Part shown: one piece after another, positions 47,655 through 52,012 of the stretch | Numbering within the stretch: position 1 is the stretch's first letter | Layout of the letters: each line of letters starts with the position of its first letter | Origin: Deltaproteobacteria bacterium | GTDB taxonomy: Bacteria; Desulfobacterota; Desulfobacteria; Desulfobacterales; JAFDMD01 | Direction of reading: 5' to 3' | NCBI GenBank assembly: GCA_019306185.1 | Contig: JAFDMD010000016.1 | Coordinates: forward strand, 1-52,012 | DNA: 52,012 nt | Program-made: the position numbers and the translations under genes | The notes under the pieces: generated by a model | Database searches by the model: none | Told to the model about the DNA's origin: nothing | What the model saw: the letters and a program-made list of their open reading frames with translations, nothing else

Positions 47655-49826
47655 ATGAGAAAAGAATTATATGCCATCCTGCTTTTTTTTCTTGTAGTAT
47701 TAAGTTCTTTAAGCCTGATTTCTTACAGCGGCTCGGATCCTTGCTTAAACAACCCAAACGAAATTTCCGGCGATATAAATAATATATTCGGAATAATAGG
47801 CGCATATCTTGCGGGCGGTTTAGTGGGGTTTTTTGGAATCGGCGCGTTTTTACTCCCGCCGTTGCTTCTTCTATCGGGAATTAACTTTTTGAAAAAAAAA
47901 AATATTTCAGGCGCCGCTGCAATTGCGGGCGGAATAATGCTTATAATAACTACAGGGGCATTTTTTTCCGTTTTTAAAAACAATTATATTATACTCGGAA
48001 CAAAAATAGCCTCCGGCGGAATAATAGGCGCAGCCATTAAAACATTTTCCGTTAAATACGCCAATACAACGGGGGCGGTAATAATATTTTTATTATTATG
48101 GGCGGCGGCTTTTATACTTGCCACAAGTTTTTCCATACTCAAAGCTTATCAAACCGCTCTTAATTTTATAAAAACAAAAAAAGTAAATATCAACGCTTCC
48201 TTAATAAAAAATTTCGAGCGTAGAAAAAAAGCAAAGCGTTTTTACGAAATAAAAAACAAGCGCTCCAACGCCGAAAAGGTTAAAATAAATAGCCCCGCCA
48301 ATCAAATCGAACAGCCGGCTTCCAATAAAAAATCGGCGTTAAAACAGGAAGTTTTTCAATTTGCATCGGAAGAAGCAAAATTTAGCCTGCCATCCGTTAA
48401 CCTTCTTGATATGGTAGAAAAAATCAAGTCTCAAATAGATGAAAACAATCTTTCTATGCAGGCAAAATTACTTGAGAAAAAATTGAACGATTTCGGAGTA
48501 ACCGGCAAAGTAACCGCTATAAATCCAGGGCCTGTTATCACAACGTTTGAATATGAGCCGTCTCCGGGCGTAAAAATAAATAAAATAGCGAATTTAAGCG
48601 ACGATCTTGCGCTTGCGCTTAGCGCCATAAGCATAAGAATTGTAGCCCCAATACCCGGCAGAGCCGTAATAGGAATAGAAATTCCCAATAACAAAAGAGA
48701 AACAGTATATTTTAAGGAAATATCAACCTCTAAAAAATTTTCAGATTCAAAATCGAAACTTACATTATGCTTGGGGAAAAATATAGCGGGCGAACCGGTA
48801 GTAGCTCAGCTTGACAAAATGCCGCATCTTCTTATTGCGGGCGCCACTGGATCCGGCAAAAGCGTGGCTTTAAATACAATGATAACAAGCATATTATACA
48901 AAGCTTTGCCCGAAGAAGTCCGCATGATAATGATAGACCCTAAAAGAATAGAGCTATCCGACTACAACGGCATACCGCATCTTATAGTTCCTGTTGTTAC
49001 GGACATAAAAAAAGCCACAAACGCTCTTTGCTGGGCGGTTAGGGAAATGGAAAGACGCTACGAGCTCCTTGCCCGAAACAATGCGAGAAATCTTACGGGA
49101 TACAACAAAAAAATAAAAGAAATTATAAAATCCGACGATCAAGATGTAAAAGAGGAGGATAAACAGCCGGAGCCGCTTCCTCAAATAGTCATTATAATAG
49201 ACGAGCTTGCCGATTTAATGACCGTAGCTTCAAAAGAGGTGGAGGTTTCGCTTGCGAGACTCGCTCAAATGGCAAGAGCCGCCGGAATACATATAATTCT
49301 TGCCACTCAAAGACCCTCGGTGGACGTTTTAACCGGAGTCATAAAAGCAAATTTTCCTACAAGAATGACTTTTCAAGTATCCTCCAAAACAGATTCTCGA
49401 ACAATCATAGACGCAAACGGAGCCGAAAATTTGCTTGGAAACGGAGACATGCTATTTATACCCCCTTCGGCAGGAAAACTACAAAGAATACACGGGGCGT
49501 ACATTTCGGAAGCCGAAATAACAAGAATAGTAGATCATATAAAAAAGCAGGCGGAACCGGACTATGATAAAACCATTCTAAAACCCGCGGAAAAAAATAA
49601 ATCGGATAACTCGGAAACCGAATATGACGAGAAATATGACGAAGCCGTAGCTCTTGTGGCAAAAGCAAAAACAGCCTCAATATCAATGGTGCAAAGACAT
49701 TTAAGAATTGGATATAACCGCGCTGCCCGTATAATAGAAGTGATGGAGCAAGACGGGGTAATAGGCCCTGCAGACGGAGTAAAACCAAGAGAGGTTTTGG
49801 TTAAAGATTATGAGGATATGGCGTAG
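47655..49826 (+). CDS. ftsK: DNA translocase FtsK/SpoIIIE
   Basis: N-terminal TM helices, a linker, a motor domain with Walker A GATGSGKS and Walker B IVIIIDELADL, and a C-terminal gamma winged-helix domain (ISMVQRHLRIGYNRAARIIEVME). Confidence 0.96.
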   Translation: MRKELYAILLFFLVVLSSLSLISYSGSDPCLNNPNEISGDINNIFGIIGAYLAGGLVGFFGIGAFLLPPLLLLSGINFLKKKNISGAAAIAGGIMLIITTGAFFSVFKNNYIILGTKIASGGIIGAAIKTFSVKYANTTGAVIIFLLLWAAAFILATSFSILKAYQTALNFIKTKKVNINASLIKNFERRKKAKRFYEIKNKRSNAEKVKINSPANQIEQPASNKKSALKQEVFQFASEEAKFSLPSVNLLDMVEKIKSQIDENNLSMQAKLLEKKLNDFGVTGKVTAINPGPVITTFEYEPSPGVKINKIANLSDDLALALSAISIRIVAPIPGRAVIGIEIPNNKRETVYFKEISTSKKFSDSKSKLTLCLGKNIAGEPVVAQLDKMPHLLIAGATGSGKSVALNTMITSILYKALPEEVRMIMIDPKRIELSDYNGIPHLIVPVVTDIKKATNALCWAVREMERRYELLARNNARNLTGYNKKIKEIIKSDDQDVKEEDKQPEPLPQIVIIIDELADLMTVASKEVEVSLARLAQMARAAGIHIILATQRPSVDVLTGVIKANFPTRMTFQVSSKTDSRTIIDANGAENLLGNGDMLFIPPSAGKLQRIHGAYISEAEITRIVDHIKKQAEPDYDKTILKPAEKNKSDNSETEYDEKYDEAVALVAKAKTASISMVQRHLRIGYNRAARIIEVMEQDGVIGPADGVKPREVLVKDYEDMA

Positions 49827-50000
49827 GCGATTATACATAGCCGAGTTATTATAATTTGGTTGGGAAAAATTGTCATCGGATTAATAAGTTAGTCGATGTT
49901 GAAAAAGCTGGATTTGAAGCGTAAACGATTTTACCAATGCCTGAAGTTAAAGTTTAATAAAAGATATAAAAAATCAACCTGTTATTATTTTTTTGCTTTT

Positions 50001-50415
50001 TATTAAGGGATTTCTCCTCGCTTTGCTCGTCGAAATGACAAGCAAAAATAACTTATGTTAAATTTCCCCTGTCATTTCGAACCGAAGGGAGAAATCTCTT
50101 TATTATTGACTTCTGCCTTTATCCTTTAACCTTTTGTACGAATTTAATCATTATTTTTTATGATTAAATTTTTTTTAATACCGGGCGTTTCCTCTTAATA
50201 TTTGCAAGAAAATATTAAAATCAATATTAATTCCTTGCAAATATATTACCTTATTTTTTTTAAAATTTATAATAATTACAATATGTATTATACTTTTCCA
50301 GTATTGACTACTTACTCGCTTTTTATTAAGTGGTTTCTCCTCGCTGCGCCCGTCGAAATAAATGACAGGGACGATTCGGCATGTCATTGCAAATTATAGT
50401 AACTTTTCTATATTT
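50001..50415. repeat. Composite dispersed repeat, copy 4 (most complete: unit pair, ~110-bp module, extra unit and CAAATTATAGTAACTT tail)
   Basis: 50001-50308 aligns with 311-620 in the same orientation. 50331-50415 aligns with 16271-16500. Confidence 0.85.
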
Positions 50416-50499
50416 TTCATAATATAAGACCATATCGGCGGCAGGCTGCAATCTATTTGGATTATCTTGACTTTTGGCGCGTTATATTGCCCTGTTTAT

Positions 50500-52012
50500 T
50501 TAAAAGTATAGTTTTAATCCGAAGCCTAATTGATGGGAAAGGGCGTTTTTTCTTACTATTAGGTCGTAGTTGAAGTGTAGTTGAAGGTTTTTTTGCGTAT
50601 AGGCTTGGATTCCGAATCCTATTGTATAGTTGTTTGCGCCGGAATCGTAGCCGGTTGCGGTAATGGATTGGAGGTTTGCAGGCATGGATAGCAAGCGAGT
50701 TTGTATGTTGTTTACGGTATCTTCAAAGTTGCGTTCATAGATAAAAGATAGGTATGGCTGTAATATCCAATTTTTGTAATTGAACTGTTTTTCCAGCGTA
50801 AAGCCTACGCCCGCAATTAGGGATTGATAGTTTGCCTCTGCTGTTTCAAGATCGCCGATCGATCCGTTTTCTACAAAGGAGTCTTGGCTGTAATCGGAGT
50901 ATTGCAGGCTTATAACCGGCGTAATGGTTAGGTTGTTTTTAAAGGGTATTTTATATCCCGCTGTTATGTATGCGCCGTAGTCGGAGGCTTGCCAGTCCGA
51001 TTTTGCGGTTTCCGCAAGGGTATTTATCATAATTCTTCTGTTCAGATCGTAAGTATGACCCGAGTAGGTTAATATTGCGTCTATGTAATATTTGCGGTCT
51101 TTATTCGGCGCGTAGCTTCCGTAAGCGCTTATGTTGTAAGTTGTTATGTCTCCGTTGGCGTAGCCGTCTTGATATTCTATTTCGGAGTTGGAGTGTCCTC
51201 CGCTTATTCCGAGAAGCAGTTTGCCTACGAGGTAATCTATGCCGGCGCTTATTCCTAATCCGCTTGTATCGAAGCCTATGTGCAGGTTATCGGCATCTTG
51301 GTTGGTTTTGGAGTATGATTGGCGTATCCATAAGTAGTTTTCGGTTTTGTTCGGATTATTAAGGTTTAGGAAACCAAAGTAGTCGGAGGCGAGTTGCGCA
51401 AGCTTATTTTGAGGCTGAGAGCTTATATGATAATAGTTAAGTCTTGCGGATATGTTTTTAAGGTGCGAGCTAATGTTTGCTCTTGCTCCGGCAACTGAGG
51501 AGACTATTGTTTCCGGGGATAGGGATTGCAGCGCTTGGCATATTTTTTTATTTTCTTTTAAGGAATAGATTTTTGTAATGAGTTGGTTTGTAGAATCTGT
51601 GTTTATTCCTTTTTCGAGCTTATTTATTAAGGAGGCTATGTTTTCGGACGGGTTTGTAGCGGCGCAAAGGCTTAAAAGATTAACGTCTTTTACGGTTAGG
51701 CTTATATGGTTTGCGTGGTAATCTATTAGAAAGTCATATATTTCCGAATTGTCGGAATATGAAGCAAATTGTTGATTGAGGTGCGGGGCGGTTAATATTG
51801 TTTTTTCCCATTCGGATGTTATGTTTATATCCTGTTCCTGAATTTGTATGATTAAGTTTGCGTTATTTATGTTCGCCTTATCATAAAATAGAAGAGCGCC
51901 GGCGTCTGTTTCGTTTATATCTAATATAACGGAGCCGTTTAGATTTGGGTTTCCGGTTATTTGAAGAGGCGCGCTTACTTTTAATGTTCCGTTTAAATTG
52001 AGCTCCCCTTGT
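50500..52012 (-). CDS. Autotransporter outer-membrane protein, C-terminal beta-barrel plus part of the passenger (5'-partial, continues beyond the window)
   Basis: I checked the minus-strand frame of ORF 50500-51030 codon by codon and it stays open to base 52012. The C-terminus has alternating-hydrophobic beta strands ending in ...GFGLKLYF with a terminal aromatic residue, typical of autotransporter barrels. Confidence 0.8.
   Translation of the reverse strand, partial: QGELNLNGTLKVSAPLQITGNPNLNGSVILDINETDAGALLFYDKANINNANLIIQIQEQDINITSEWEKTILTAPHLNQQFASYSDNSEIYDFLIDYHANHISLTVKDVNLLSLCAATNPSENIASLINKLEKGINTDSTNQLITKIYSLKENKKICQALQSLSPETIVSSVAGARANISSHLKNISARLNYYHISSQPQNKLAQLASDYFGFLNLNNPNKTENYLWIRQSYSKTNQDADNLHIGFDTSGLGISAGIDYLVGKLLLGISGGHSNSEIEYQDGYANGDITTYNISAYGSYAPNKDRKYYIDAILTYSGHTYDLNRRIMINTLAETAKSDWQASDYGAYITAGYKIPFKNNLTITPVISLQYSDYSQDSFVENGSIGDLETAEANYQSLIAGVGFTLEKQFNYKNWILQPYLSFIYERNFEDTVNNIQTRLLSMPANLQSITATGYDSGANNYTIGFGIQAYTQKNLQLHFNYDLIVRKNALSHQLGFGLKLYF

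Noticed and set aside
50175-50399. Overlapping 65-70-aa ORFs on both strands
   Set aside because: They fall entirely within the composite dispersed repeat (copy 4), and equivalent sequence at other copies is not kept in frame.
311-50415. Direct copies of the composite repeat near both ends of the window as boundaries of a ~49-kb genomic island
   Set aside because: The interior is dominated by core genes (carB, hom, the full dcw cluster, ftsY, aroC, rnj, ftsK). Further copies occur internally at 15.5-16.5 kb. The repeats are a dispersed family, not island att sites.
51075-51362. 95-aa plus-strand ORF rich in Arg/Cys/Leu
   Set aside because: It lies antisense within the autotransporter gene, whose minus-strand frame is open from 50500 to the window end. 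Its composition is typical of a non-coding frame.

Overview
About 52 kb of low-GC bacterial chromosome. An autotransporter beta-barrel gene indicates a Gram-negative organism, and a c3-type tetraheme cytochrome hints at an anaerobic, Desulfobacterota-like lineage (inference only). Most of the window is core housekeeping: two tRNA-Arg genes, carB, a hom/thioesterase/aminotransferase group, a complete minus-strand dcw cluster (mraZ-rsmH-ftsL-ftsI-murE-murF-mraY-murD-ftsW-[insertion]-murG-murC-murB-ftsQ-ftsA-ftsZ), ftsY, plsY, aroC, a family-4 UDG, RNase J, ftsK and a partial autotransporter. Three small accessory islets stand out. (1) At 4.1-9.2 kb, a SIR2-TPR protein sits beside a translationally coupled P-loop NTPase and a second TPR protein. 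The two transcription units share an upstream motif, and the two TPR arrays show nucleotide-level identity. I read this as a candidate three-gene NAD-targeting conflict/defence module in which the effector, NTPase and TPR modules of a STAND protein lie on three separate polypeptides, and it is my best candidate for an undescribed system. (2) A 1.5-kb co-oriented insertion lies between ftsW and murG inside the dcw operon. It carries a small disordered protein, a 3-TM membrane protein and a decayed phage Gp37/Gp68 (DUF5131) gene. (3) At 41.4-44.9 kb there is a type II restriction-modification cassette with two beta-class methyltransferases, one of them fused to N-terminal HEAT repeats. The intergenic space is unusually rich in non-coding repeats: a tandem array of about five ~120-bp units upstream of hom, a ~300-400-bp composite dispersed element in at least 4 copies, a short GGGATTTCTCC...CGAAATGAC unit family and a TTAATCCTCGAAATAC family. 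There is also a long wobble-containing hairpin upstream of an orphan solute-binding protein gene. No CRISPR array, rRNA, transposase or integrase was seen.
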